Below are positions 39,973 to 53,298 of a DNA stretch of 64,000 nucleotides, in pieces. The first letter of the stretch is position 1, and each line of letters starts with the position of its first letter. The notes beneath the pieces were generated by a model. The model ran no database searches, had not been told where the DNA came from, and was given only the letters and a program-made list of their open reading frames with translations. The DNA is taken from positions 823,517 through 887,516 of the forward strand of contig JALDTO010000192.1 in assembly GCA_023515725.1 (NCBI GenBank), read 5' to 3'. This DNA comes from Amoeboaphelidium protococcarum X5. Taxonomy: Eukaryota > Fungi > Aphelidiomycota. A program made the position numbers and the translations under genes.

Positions 39973-40361
39973 TCTTGTGATTGTATAATAGGTTGATCCC
40001 TTGTCTGAAGGCTTCATTGGTGTTTCAATTTACTTTTTGAGCCTCTATTCCAGCTGAATTTCATTGCTCGTTCTAGCGACAATTGGTAGTGATATCACTG
40101 ATAGAACTGTACTATTTGCTAGCGACATTTGACTAGAAGACTCCTCAAACGGTAGTACCCCTTTACTCTTATTGTTGCCATCGGAAAATTTATGGGCCTC
40201 TCGTTCGTCCGATCGCCACCACGATAGAAATGGCGTTTCACTTGAAGTTTTACTAAATAATTTCTTTCTTCTTCTTACGACTGACTGTCCAAGCTGAGTT
40301 AGTTTCCCTTTACTGTGCTGAGCTATATCTTTGATAATCACAATTTCATCATTAATTTATT

Positions 40362-41447
40362 ATGCCTGATATTTGGGTAGAAGTTGGTGATACTGGGGTA
40401 GTGGATTCACATGGTGGAAAGTGGTATGCCTCCTCTGAGAATCCTGAGAATTTGTACTTCACCAAGCTGTGGTGTCCACCTGAGGGTGTGAAAACTGTTG
40501 CCACATTGACTTTTATTCATGGTATTGGTGAGCATTGTATGAGATATGACCATGTTTTCAGTGCTCTGGCTCAGTAGAATGGTATAAAGACATTTTCATT
40601 TGATTAGAGAGGATTCGGAAGAACTGCTTTGGCTACTCCAGAATTCAGCACTAGTAGTAATAATAATAGTAATAACAACAGTCAAGATAAGTAGTAGTCA
40701 TTATAGTCTAAAGGATCCAAATAAACTTCATCTTCTAAGTATAATCTGTCGCAAGTTAGAAGTCGTCCAGTGTTGGGCGATGCTGGGTCGTGGGATCAAT
40801 GGATGGCTGATATTGATCGTGCCGTTAGAGGTGATGGTATTGTTAATTTCAGAGAGAACGGTGTACCTCATTTCCTTATGGGACATTCTATGGGTGGTAT
40901 GTTGGCAGTGGCTTACGTTCTGGAGCACGCTGAGTCTTCACAGAAGCATCTCGCCGGTGTCATCTCCTCTGCACCTGGATTTCGGCCAGCGTTTAGCATT
41001 CCGTACTTGAAGAGGAAGTTGGGTGTATTGGCTGCCAATATTCTACCAACTTTGAATATTCCGACTGGTATTGATTCCACTGGAATCTCGAGTGATAGTG
41101 CTGTGGTAGAAAAGTATAACACTGACCCGTACGTGCACAAATATGGCTCGTTGCAGACACTGAGCAGTGTGTTGGCCAAAGGAGAAGATTGTATTACCGT
41201 GCCTGATTACATTGCCAACTGGCCGCAGAAACTCCCATTGTTGGTCTCTTACGGAACTGCGGATAAGATCACATCATTTGATGGTGGTAAGTTGTTTGTT
41301 GATAGTGTCAAGTGTGATGATAAGATGTTTGAAGTGTTTGATGGCGCCTATCATGAAATTCATAATGAACCGAATGGTGTCAAAGAGAAGGCTATCAAAA
41401 CTTATGGCGACTGGATATCTAAGCGCGCTATCAGTACTTAAAAGTGA
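40362..41447 (+). CDS. Alpha/beta hydrolase, monoglyceride lipase/lysophospholipase (Yju3-like), 361 aa
   Basis: FIHGIGEH..RY, FDQRGFG (Q=TAG), GHSMGG nucleophile elbow, GTADKIT, YHEIHNE. Confidence 0.92.
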
Positions 41448-41506
41448 TGAAATACCAGTAATGTAATCTTTAGTATAAAGTGTTTTTATAATGAATTATC
41501 ATGCAC

Positions 41507-41839
41507 TCAATTCAAGTTTATCGATACAGAGAATACAGTAACAATGGCATAGACGCTGTCGTTTTCATACTTGAAAGTCGCAACGCCATCTTTTGTGTCG
41601 TCCCAGAAGCACTTGTGAATGAGATGAAGTCCAGTGTCACTTCGCTATAGCAGACTGCACGTCACTATGTATTTAAATGTGCGTTAAGTTGCAGTAAGTT
41701 CTTGTAAAAGTTCATCCACAATCTACGTGTTCCAAATGGATGCGTCCCCCGCATTGTACTTTTTCCCATCCAACACTTTGCCGCACACTTTTTAAATCTT
41801 CAACTACATTTCCTATTATTTCTACTTCAAACCCTCCAT
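41507..41839 (-). CDS. Dynein light chain, Tctex-1 family, 110 aa (absent from the ORF track)
   Basis: VLDGKKYN..WNTQIVDELL..FKYIVTCSLLQRSDTGLHLIHKCFWDDTKDG..YENDSVYAIVTVF. Confidence 0.9.
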
Positions 41840-42116
41840 ATTAACTCTGTACTTAATTAAAACAGACTATAAATGATATAAATTATACTTGTTCTAATAA
41901 AAGGATTAAATTAGAACGCGTAAAAAAGCAAGCGATCCAGTTTTAACGCCAAAATCCGAATAAAATTCGTCTCAGATGGTGAAAGTGATTGGAGTTCCAC
42001 AATTGGCGTAACTATTTAAACGAAGAATATGATGAAAGCACTGTTATGTAGAGCATATTCACTTGCTTGAAGTTCATTAGAATTATATATATAGAATAAG
42101 TCTATATCATTAAAAA

Positions 42117-43772
42117 TCAGAGCCTGTATCTATCTAGGATTGACCATGGAGATGGTTCTTAGCCTTTGGCCCATGGAGTGATCTAATCAAAGAACCAGTA
42201 CTGCATAAACGCAACCACACTATAATATAGCAGAATGATGCATACTACCAAGTTGTAGAGGAGCGAATTCTCAGCAATCATGTATCTATTTAATGGCGTA
42301 ATATCTGCAATAACTAAATCCCGAATGGCATCTTGAACACTATTAAACATACAAGTCATTACAAAGTTGCAGAATAGTATCATGACTAGCGATGGATAAT
42401 GCTTAAGTACAATCTACTTCTAATTCTACTCAGAGACTCTTATGGCTTTAATCAATGCTGGGATGCAATCATTCTCAATTTCAATAGACTTGATCTCAAA
42501 TAGGACATGAACGACATATTTCCAATCAGAATAAATGACTAGCCAAGTGAACAGGTTGTAGTTGTTCAGCTTTATACCAAGTCTTCCATCACCAATAATA
42601 ATAGGATTCAATTTTGGATCACATAACTATATTGATATATCCACCTGTTAGTGTCGCATCCATCTCAATACCAGATTCATGCAATACTTTTCAAAAGCAT
42701 CCGGTTGAGCGTACACAATAGTATTGCCACCACTACTTTGAGGATCAGGCTTCGGATACACGGCTAATCGCTTGTGATAAGTCAATAGATACGCCTCCAT
42801 CATAATCCTGGGCGATGTTAGCAGAATAGTAAGCGGATACTTAATTAATTACCGCACAATGTTCTGGGCAGTTGCATCAGTAGGCCGCAACCTAACATAC
42901 GCCATAAATTTCTTTACCCTCCCAGGCAAATGGTTTTCTAGTCCAGAACTTTCATCATCCTTAATCATGGAACTGGCCGGTGAATAGTTGCTACTGCCTA
43001 CACTCTTACTGTTCATATCTGCAACGTCATCTTGGTCTAGCCAAAATATTATTCTCACATCAACTAAGCCATCCTGATGCAGGACAGGATCAGTCAATTG
43101 TATTTCATAATCTCCTCTAAGATCATTAAAAGGACTAACGTGGAACATTCTCTTCAACAGAAATCCATGGTCATATCCACTTCGACACTTTACAACCTTT
43201 ACACCATCCACGCTGCCTTTTTCACTTCCACACGGCAGGGTATATAAATGAGTCTCTCCAAACGTATTATTCACCTCAAGAACGACAGCTAAAAGACTAT
43301 CGCTGCTTTGACCATCAACACCAGCACTAGCGTATGCATAATGGAAAGATACCGGATTAAAGGAGTAACCAAGCAGTCTAGGCATAGTTATAGTATGTAC
43401 TCTCTACAATACTTTGTTATCAGCATCAGAAGCGGGAAGTAAACCTTTACTCATCAAAAGTCTTTCGATGGATTGAAATATTCCAGATCTATGCTACAAG
43501 TAAGACTGCTTTGATTACGATTATTATACTCCGCCCACTCTTTAATCAATAGCCATATAGTCATACTCATGAATGGATAGAAGGGAGAGGTGAGAGTTCA
43601 TTCTGAATAGAGGCACCACCCCAGCCCGCACAGAGGAGTCAGCAGAGTTCTTCAAATTTCCGTCGTCCCTCACAAAATCAACACCAACATACCATACGGG
43701 ATACTCAAATGTATGCTTCACCGGTATATACCGAGAGTGGTAAGTGTCTCCCTTATATAATTTAATGGTCAT
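42117..43772 (-). CDS. DUF1365 family protein, 551 aa
   Basis: HSRYIPVKHTFEY, TMPRLLGYSFNPVSFHY, EVNNTFGETHLY, FHVSPFN. Confidence 0.88.
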
Positions 43773-44037
43773 TATAGTGGTTTCAGTCGGCGATAAATAA
43801 CAAAACAGTACCAGTTGGGGAAAAGAAAGCACTTTCTATCGTTAGCAGGGAAAAAGTCACTTAAACACATGCGCGGTAAAAAACACCATAGCTGATTTAT
43901 GGTGATTCGATGAAGTAAGGCAATATGTTTCAAACAGATTCAGCTGTATTTCATTCTCATTTACTTCACTTTCAACCTATTCACCTGTATTTCCATTTTT
44001 CATTGATTCACCATTATCATCTTGCATATCACTTCAT

Positions 44038-46908
44038 TCACCATTAGCGCTAATAGACTGACCAAGGTTTAGCGCGAGTCATCAGATTGAGCATCATTAT
44101 GGACAGAGCGTAAACATCACCTGATTTCAAAATATACGGAGAAGTTTCGGTGAAGCGCATTCTAAACCTTGTAAATAGTTCAGGAGCAGCATACGATAGA
44201 GACAGACCACGCTACTAGCTAACCTCGAAAGCTGTCACCAAGAGCGCACTATCGTCAGTGATAGCAGAAATTCCCAGATCAGACAATATAGGTACTAGCC
44301 AACCATTCTCATCCACATCCAAGAGCACATTCTGTGGTTTAAGATCACAGTGAACTATACCCTAACTATGCATATAAGCAATCGTCTGCGTCATTATAAG
44401 AATCAGTTTATGCATCTGATTCTTGGACAGTGGATACATTTGCGACGTAGAGCTTTCACCAAGTACATACTCAGCTAAAGCGCCAAGCGGATAATACTTG
44501 ATCAACATCACAGCTTCGTTAAAATCACAGAAGCCATGCAACTTCGTAATAAACGGAACATTTCTAAACTTGTAAAGCAGACTAAGTTCTTGGTAGAAAG
44601 CCTGCTTTTCACTAGCCTGCATCTACGTGAATGAGCCAGTGCCCACCTTTGCAACCAAAACATCAGCAGATACATCCTATACCAATTATGGTGCAATAGG
44701 ACGAGCCAAATAAATCTTGGACATTCCACCGGCAGCGATCTATTTTAAAATTTAAAAGTCAACACCATAGTTAAATTTCAAGAACGCTGGGATGTAAATA
44801 GCATAATTAGTGGGCAGTGAAGTAGTTTACGTCTGCATAGCTGTACCAAATACGGATGCAGTGTGCTGCTAGAAGGTAGTATTGATACCAGACTTTGTTG
44901 TAGCAGTTGTCTTGGGTCTTCTGCGCCCGTAACGTCTCAGCATCAAAAGACTGGCCGCAATAGATGCAAGAGCAATGACAATATACGCCAAAATGCTTAG
45001 TGCTTAAACAGCTAATTAGCCACTAGGATTCTAATTCGCAGGTTGCACAAAATTTCGCTATTCTTGTGAACTGGTGCTAATCTCTCCACCATCCCCCAGA
45101 GGCCCGCAGTTTGGACATTGAAAGATAATTAAGGAGTGAGTGAACGATTTAGACGAAGAAGCGCCAACTTAGACACTGGAGGTAAGCACACTTGGAACAG
45201 CCACCGCAACAGCAGAAGAACTTTAAACAGTCATTTAACTTGAAGTATTCGACCCAGCATAATCTAAAGCGGATTAACTCATTGAGGCAACAGTGGAGTC
45301 ACTCTACATAAGGACAGAGTTGGTAGCAGAGGCTGCAAATACGGTTGGAGTAGTAGTGACAGTGATGGTAAGAGCAATCGTAGAAGTAGAGGTGGAAGTA
45401 GGAGTAGTCGTTGAGGTGGTAGTCGTTGAGGTGGTAGTCGTTGTAGTTGTGGTAGGAGTAGTTGTAGTGGTGGTAGTCGTTGTGGTGGTCGTGGTCGTGG
45501 TAGGAGTCGTACTTGTCGTCGTCGTCGTCGTAGTTGTAGTGGTACTAGTAGTTGTCGTAGTTGTAGTGGTACTAGTAGTTGTCGTAGTGGTAGTGGTACT
45601 AGTAGTTGTCGTTGTTGTAGTTGTGGTTGTGGTAGTTGTGGTCGTTGTAATCTTCTTGGTAGCAGTAGTTACCATAGCCTAAAATGGTCGTTAATATGCA
45701 TTTTCCACCTGCAAAACACCATACTGGTACACGTCAAAAGAGAAAACATGGGCAACATCAACGAGCCCCAACCCATCAACTACTATTCCTTTGCCCATAT
45801 CATCCCAAGCACCACCAATAGTATATAACACCTAAGATAGGCCACGAGCGAAATTATCAGGATTAATCTCTACAAAATAAGCATCTTTCGTGATGCCACC
45901 AACCTGTTCATAAGTAAAATAACCTTCAGAGATCAGCAAGTATTTAGTCCATCCAGATACCCACACCTTACCAGAGAAGAAATCGACATCTATAGCCTCC
46001 AATAAATCGTCCTCAGGAGAGCCATAAATCATACTTGACGAAATCCTAGAGCCACTTAAGCTAAATGAGGTTAGCCAGAAATCTAAGCCTCCATAAGTTG
46101 GTTGTCCATCAATTGAACCACGGATGTAACCTGCTGCAAACACCTTGTCTTGCGCTAGACTGAAAGCGATGGCATTGAACCCAGACTCAATGTTAGCAGA
46201 GTATTCAAATATCAATTGGCCGTTGATTGGAGAATAGACTCCAAAGTAGGCATAAAAACCATCGATGACACCACCAACGTATACATATCCATTTGCATCT
46301 TTAGACACAACAACAGATCTGAACTGGCAGCCACCCGTTGCAGCCTTTTAGATGGTCCAAACATGGGAGCTATCAGCTCTGTACTTGGCAATGAAACACT
46401 AAGATTAGGCAGAGTAAGTATCGGGGCTATTGTTAATCTTACCATTTGTGTAGCCGGCGACATATACGACTTAATTGTAAGAATCCACATAGACAGTATT
46501 GGGGACATCCAGATACTATGAGCCAAATATCATGGTCCAAATCACGGTGCCGACACGGTTTAACTTGACCAGAGTAGCATCACCACCACCAATTAGTGTT
46601 TGACCATTGAAAGCTGTTGTGCACGAGCCAATCGCGTAAATTTCTTAAGTAGCAGTGTCAATGCTGAGCGCAGATAATTCATTGCTTATACCTTGACCAA
46701 ATGTTATTGTGCGGATACCCGTTTAAGTGGCAGGGGCAAAATTGTACAGCCCGTAAAGACCACTCTTAGAGCCCGACATCCAGATACTACCATCAGAGCT
46801 CAGCCTAACACCAGTGGTTGAGCTAAGGACATCATTGTATCTGGTTACCGCAGCAAAGGAGAGATATGGCAAAAGGAGAGGCAGCAATGTACACCAAAAG
46901 CTTATCAT
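44038..46908 (-). CDS. Receptor-like protein kinase: signal peptide, beta-propeller-like ectodomain, Thr-rich stalk, TM, TKL-like kinase; 956 aa
   Basis: MISFWCTLLPLLLPYLSFA; repeats like GYVYVGG/KVFAAG/KVWVSG; poly-Thr; TM LAYIVIALASIAASLLML-RRYGRRR; FYQELSLL, HCDLKPQN, DLG, YAAPE. Confidence 0.88.
45360..45650 (-). repeat. Coding ACN trinucleotide-type repeat encoding a poly-Thr mucin-like stalk
   Basis: (gta/gtt/gtg/gtc)n on the + strand; TTTTTTTTS units within the receptor kinase frame. Confidence 0.9.
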
Positions 46909-47528
46909 TATACAGGATTGTTTCTTTATAAACTAAAAATCTTAGTGGATTAGAGTGATGAAGAGGGGGGGGGAAATCCCACAATCATACGATACTAGCC
47001 GCGGATGCGCTCGTTATGCATTCATATCGACTAAAAATAGCATTCCTATCCAATCAGATATCTGGATCATGAGGGTAATAATGGTGTAAGTACGAGAATT
47101 CAACAATTACTCATTTTTATGAAGCCGTGGCAAATGATTATTTAATAGGGCTCAAACCTGTTTCTAGAGAATGGGATGCATGTGGAGTTGATTGTGATGA
47201 TAATGGATATTGTTGATCAACATTGCCATACCCTACCAGGTGGTAGGATTCGAAAATGAAGTGAGGTCCAGGATATTGCCGCAATCTCTCAGTTAAAGCT
47301 TGAATGTTGAAGATGTTAGATTTGCATGGTTTAATGACGAATTCTTAGATAGCGCGCGCCCTTTAGACTTTAACATTAAAGGTTGATCTTGCTCGCTCGT
47401 TTTATACGCGGTCTGAAACAGGGACGTCTGAAACGAAGTTAAAAGTGTTCCATTTTCTACCTGGCTCAATCTTAATCTTTGTCACTTTGCATCCTTACTT
47501 GATTTGTGCACATAATAATTCTTCCAGC

Positions 47529-48173
47529 ATGATGAATGCCCCTACTTGCTCAATGAATTTACCATCTATGAATGTACCTAACGTTCAACTACCTTGACCG
47601 TTGTAAAGAGGTCAAGTTGTTAATGTGAACCATGCTGTTGCTGCCTCGAATGATTTGAAGTTAATTGAAGCCAAGAGAACTCAGAACGAGGTTTATGATG
47701 CTACTCTGGCGAAAGCCAAGGTAAGAAATCGTCTGATTGAAGCGGAGACTGTGCCGTTGTTCTTCCCTCGCGCTGCTGGTGATATTGGAGGGGCCCCTCC
47801 TTATATGCTGCCGTTACTTCAACTGCCATAGCAGATTCGTGAGTTGGGTGCTGAATTGCGTGCTGCGTCTAATGCTTAATTCATTCAGATGGACGTGAAT
47901 GTAAAGAAGTTAATCAATGGTACTCGTGGTGATGGATTCTATTCTTCTTATGAGTAGGTTCCAGTCAATGTTAACGGCATCCCCCATTTACCAACCGAGG
48001 CTGGTTTGCCTGCGTTAACCAGTGTAAACGTTATTAATCAGTTAACGATTGATTAATTGCGTGAGACGATGGCATTCTACGGTTTGGACTTTGAGGCATT
48101 CCATGCGGATGAAGCAGAACAGCGCATGAAAATAGCCCTATTGGATCATATTGGTAACATCACCAAAATCTGA
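47529..48173 (+). pseudogene. Mug135-like C-terminal domain protein with an in-frame TGA at 47595
   Basis: NGTRGDG..YEQVP..PTEAGLPALTSVNVINQLTIDQL..FYGL..ALLDHIG; the TGA at codon 23 separates the ATG from the body. Confidence 0.6.
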
Positions 48174-48468
48174 TCAAGTTGCCAGATTTTTATCTTCTGC
48201 CTCTATGTCTTTCCCTCTCTCTGTCCCTCGTCTTTTTCTCTAAAACTACTAAAAATGAATTATTTAAAATACATTTCAAATCTCTTCGGGGAATTACATT
48301 AAGTATTGCAGTATGAATGAAATGAAATCAAAATTGTGCATAAACATGAGTGGTGTGATATAAAACGATCTCGAAACTTGTCGGGAAATGAATAATGGAA
48401 CGGCTCGCTGCGTCACATTCTATAGCCTTTAAATCACCTTTCAACATACTCTATAATCACCATAATTA

Positions 48469-49507
48469 TCACTTTTCCTTGAGAAGATACTTGTTACTGA
48501 TCACTTTGAAAGTCATATCACCGTCCACCTGCTTGAGCACAATTCCCTCACGCTCACAACTTCCCGCCTTTCCGATTACACTTTTACCTTCAGCAAACTT
48601 CAATAAATCGTCAATATCAGCACTTATATTCTGAATGCTCTCAGTTTGGCAAATTACTGGCACATGTTTCAATCCCATCGTTTAGATCAGTTAACGACGA
48701 TCAGCGGGACGCAGATATGACGCGTCTTGTATCTTATAAACGTCGAATACATGGAATTCGGCAGCCTCAAGTTTATAAATGTTGCCTTAGATTTTTGGAC
48801 CGATCAGCTCTCCTTGAATAGCAAAATCACTCATTGACATAAAGCGCATCTTGTCTTTAATACCGTATTTACGCGCTGTCTACCAAAACGGATCGCTTTC
48901 AGAAACTTCCAAGTCACAATTGCGACTGCAGACACCAAATTTGCCATCAATTAGGTAGCAAGGCATACTGCTACCCTCCAGCTTCTCAGTAATCTCAAAT
49001 TAGATACCAGCTTTTCTAGCAGACTCAATCTCTTCCACTATGTTTTACACTCGCTCCTGATCAGTTTTCGGAATAGCAGACGGGAAACCTGCCAATGGCC
49101 GTTAATTGTTATCACCGCCAGTGTATTCACGAACAGGCCGTTCCCACTTCTTTATACCTAGTAGTTCTGTGACATCATCACCTACGCGCCATTCACCGTC
49201 CTTAAGCCCTTGATTGCATGGTATCAACAGTCCCTGACTCAATTGACCCCGCAGCTTAACTGTACGAAGACGTTCACCTTTTACGCCTTCAAATTCACGA
49301 GGCTCTTTACCTTTGCACCAGTAAGTAAGGGGCTAACTCATAGGGGATCCAACTATCAATCTCAAAGAATACGGCCAAGCTCCCTTGGCTAAACTCGCCC
49401 TTCTTAACAACAACTTTCCAGCCACCGACAGTGGCGCATTCAATGGCATCAGCTCCATCAATTGGCTTAAGAGTATCGATTTTCCGAATCGTGGCTAGTT
49501 TACGCAT
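48469..49507 (-). pseudogene. DRB0094-family (Rnl2-like) RNA ligase, bacterial/phage type, with a frameshift at ~49321
   Basis: MRKLATIRKI..IDGADAIE..GWKVVVKKGEF..FFEIDSW /fs/ KGKEPREFEGVKGERLRTVKLRGQLSQGL..PKTDQERVQN..TEKLEGSS..CSRN..QGELIGP..REGIV..FKVISNKYLLK. Confidence 0.88.
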
Positions 49508-50251
49508 TCTTACACTGGAATTAGTGGTGGTAGATGACAATTGCCTGATTTGTCTATTTTACTAAGACTGGTATAACAACGATGACTTTTAATATCTATT
49601 AAAATCGCTAGTACAAATTAATGTGTTTGAGCGCGTCTAGTTTCTATAGCAACGCGTCAAATGTCTCAGCATTATCAAAGTAATGTGGTATAATAGGAAG
49701 CTTACGACTCCTAAGCCAATTATTTTGTATGATTCAGTTTATGGGACGATCAAGCTCGATAAAGACCGCTAAGAATGGTAGCTTGAGAGCACTTGTAAAG
49801 CGTATGAGGGTTTATAAAAGTATGAAAAGCTCTAGAATCAAATGATATCGACTGGTGTTAAAAACACTTGATGTAATGATGTAATAAAACAAAAAATCAG
49901 TTGTACTACAGGTAGCAAATCTTTTATTCATAATGCGTTCACGATTCTGCCAATTATCATAATGTCATTTCAGAGTATTTCAAATCATCACCAGCCAATT
50001 ATTTGCCTTAATTTATACTTCCAATTCTTTGCACTTAAATCGAATATAAAGAAATACAAAAATTACATAAGGCTATGTACAAAGATCAAGTTTACATAAT
50101 CGTCTCACTTTTGATTGAGGACTGCATTTTTTCCATTGAGTGCCACCCTCTGATCTAAAGTCAGCTCTTTTCTTCTGACGCGTCTGGAGAATCACCAAAA
50201 ACTAGTTTCTTGTACAATTTTGATTTAGCTGCTGTTCAATTTGGTCGAGAA

Positions 50252-52936
50252 ATGTACATAATCCTCTTACTGCTTCTGGTCATTCAAAGCTGGGTTCCAT
50301 GCAAGGCTGAGTACATGGTGGGTGTCGGTATTCACGATGTCACGGGACCGATTGGTGGAGTGAATATGATGGGATATGCCATGGTTGATCAGATTAGCCA
50401 AGGTATTCTGACTAGATTGCGCGCAAGAGCATTCATCTTTGAGTAATGCTATGCTAATGCTACCTACTAGAGTTTACTTAAAACTGGTCATCATCATTAG
50501 AGTTAGTGTAATCGCGTTGTGTATGTAAGCGTTGATTCTGCAATGATTAGTCAGAATGTAAAGGCTCATGTGATTTAAAAGTTGCATCAAAATGGTTATG
50601 TGCAGTATAAGTAGTAGAATGTTCTGCTAAGTGCCACACATACTCACTCTTCAGCTGCTGGATTTCATGAATACTTGCTGTATGATATAACCTCCATGGG
50701 CTATGTACGCGAAAGTGAGTTGGCCTTGGTTGATGGTATTTATGGCGCCATTGTTCGTGCTCATCATAACATCAAAGCGTCCAGTATTCGGATCAATAAA
50801 GGCCGACTTGATGGTGCTAATATTAACAGAAGTCCAACGGCATATCTTGCAAATAGAGCTGAGCTTCGTGCTCAGTATGCAGAGGATGGCGACACTGAAA
50901 AGACAATGACCACTCTGAATATTCAAGATTCTTTATCGCGTTCACCTAGAGGTGCCATAGCATTCTTTAGCGTTCATGGAACCAGTATGAATAATACTAA
51001 TCGTTTGCTGAATGGTGATAATAAAGGCTATGCATCATGGCTCCTTGAGAAGGAGATGAATAATAACTATAACGTGTAAGATTAGTATCTTCCTTATACT
51101 CACCCAAAAGTGCACAAATCAGTGAAATCTGGAGATTATTTTGTTGCAGCATTCGGTCAAGTACAAGAGGGAGATGTTAGTCCTAATATATACGGTGCCT
51201 TCTGTCTGGATACTGGTCTTCCATGTGATAAGCACCATTCCACATGCCCAGATAAGAAAGGTAGACCGCGCAATAAGATGTGTCATGCGCGTGGTCCTGG
51301 ATTTAATTCATCTGATGGTGATGTGGAGAGTACAAGGATCATTGGACTGAGATAGTATTTGAAAGCACGCGATTTATTAAAAGATGCTAGTAATTCAGCG
51401 TAGGAGGTGAGTGGTTCTGTTGATTATGCTCATGCTTGGGTAGACATGTCGAAAGTCAATGTTAATCTCTCACTGCTAAATCATACCACCCACCGTGAAA
51501 TTATAGTGTCAACATGTAAGCCAGCAAGAGGATACAGTTTTGCTAGTGGTACCAGCGATGGTCCTGGCGAATTTGATTTTATTCAAGGTGATAATTCCAC
51601 TGGTACTCCATTTTGGAATTTTATCAAGTAGTTCATATCTAAGCCATCTGAGGAACAGGTCAAGTGTCATTATCCAAAGCCTATTCTGTTAAATACTGGT
51701 GAAATCAAGAAGCCATACTTGTGGGAGCCATAGATTGTCGATATTTAGATACTGAAGATTGGCAACTTGGTTCTACTTGGTGTACCAGGTGAATTCACCA
51801 CTATGGCTGGTAGATTGCTTCGTTCCGCTGTGAGAGACATCTTTGTGCACAGTGGTATCATCGCGGAAAGTGATATATCTGTAATCATTGCTGGTCTGAG
51901 TAATTCATATAGTGGATATGTCACGACTTTTGAAGAGTATCAGGTGCAAAGATATGAAGGCGCGTCTACGATATATGGTCCTCATGCTTTGGATGCTTAT
52001 ATTCAAGAATTTTCTAGACTTGCATATTAAATGGCTTAAAAGTATAACAGTAATGTTCAGACACCAGTTTTTCCTGCTGTAACACATGATCCAACAGTAC
52101 CGCCAGTTGATTTCACAGATAAGCTGTTGACTTTCCTACCTGCAGTCATTTTTGATGCCGTTCCACCTCTGAGTTCATTTGGATCTGTATCGCAGGATGT
52201 GGAATCTCTGCAACCGTATCACATTGGGGATGTGGTGAATTCGACTTTCTATGCTGGACATCCGCGTAATGTCGCTCAGAATTCCGAATGGTAGTTGGAG
52301 GGAAGTTTTGCTTCAGTGGAGAAATGGGCCGGTCCTTCGATGGATCTCATTAGATTTGAAGTTGAAAAGTTTGGCTCAGTTTTGATTTAGTAAGTAATGG
52401 GACGTGATATTGTATTTTCTGTGTAATGGGTGCCTGACTCTGACTGTTACTTTATGAAATACGATTTGAATTTGCAGTTTAATGATAACAATTAGTAATA
52501 GTAACTGGTCATATAGGATGAGAACGTTGAAATGACGACTGAGAACTAAAAGTTTACAGTGTATGCTTACGTTAGTAATGGTGAATTGCATCTCTCTGAA
52601 TTCTAACCAACCGCTGATATTGTCAAAGATCTGAAATAGTTATGGATACGCGTCAGAGATGATGATGACTGGGATCTGAAAATGAAATGGTGGAAGCCGG
52701 TCGCTGGTGTCAGCGCAATATCTTATGCCCAGTTGATTTGGAAGATTTCCGATCGTCCTGACCAAGACGTAGTTACTACACGTCTGCTTACCTCTGACCA
52801 TGATATGAGTGCATTTAATCCCCCAACACCAAGTGCGGCTGGTACATATCGACTAAAGTATGAAGGTGCGCACAAGAGTATATTTGGCTAGATTAGGAAG
52901 CATACTGGTGTTAGTTCATTCTTTGTAGTCTATTGA
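50252..52936 (+). CDS. Neutral/alkaline non-lysosomal ceramidase, 894 aa, with signal peptide
   Basis: GVGIHDVTGP, MMGYA, RLRARAFI, SATHTHS, NRSPTAY, VHGTSMNNTN, GDVSPN, PGEFTTMAGR, QRYEGAST. Confidence 0.93.
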
Positions 52937-52943
52937 TTTGGTA

Positions 52944-52966
52944 TCTCTCTCTCTCTCTCTCTCTCT
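52944..52966. repeat. (TC)n microsatellite, ~11 units, in the ceramidase 3' region
   Basis: tctctctctctctctctctctct. Confidence 0.9.
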
Positions 52967-53154
52967 TTAGGTGAGTGTAAATTTTGGTATCGCGTCGACT
53001 GTCTTTGAAATGTTATGAAGAATTATCAAAGTTGTAATACATAAGCAATCAATTCCTTAATATAAAAACATATTTAGTATCATACTTGAATATGTCTTAA
53101 TTCTTGAATATAGTTAATATTGTATTCCGATAGTGTAGCGTTGGAATAATGACC

Positions 53155-53192
53155 GTTCATTTGTTCGTTCATTTGTTCGTTCGTTTGTTCGT
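53155..53192. repeat. 12-bp tandem repeat (GTTCRTTTGTTC x3) upstream of AP-1 mu
   Basis: gttcatttgttc gttcatttgttc gttcgtttgttc. Confidence 0.75.
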
Positions 53193-53298
53193 TTTAAGCT
53201 TTCTCCTTTCTCTTCTCCTTTCCGCGTCTTGTTGTTAGTGCTTTAAACTGCACATCACAAGTGTCACTTTCCATATACCATAGTAGAGTACATCAAGT

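Noticed and set aside
41910-41930. ACGCGT (MCB-like) boxes in several intergenic regions, e.g. ~489, 41917, 49652, 50178, 62043
   Set aside because: The motif also occurs in coding and intronic sequence; enrichment cannot be established without a statistical test
45293-45682. Poly-Val ORF on the + strand
   Set aside because: Antisense shadow of the poly-Thr stalk of the receptor kinase
47225-47300. tRNA-like element (cctacc/ggtagg hairpin, GGATTCGAA)
   Set aside because: No cloverleaf or acceptor stem can be built
53155-53192. CRISPR-like array
   Set aside because: Short head-to-tail tandem repeat with no spacers, in a eukaryotic context
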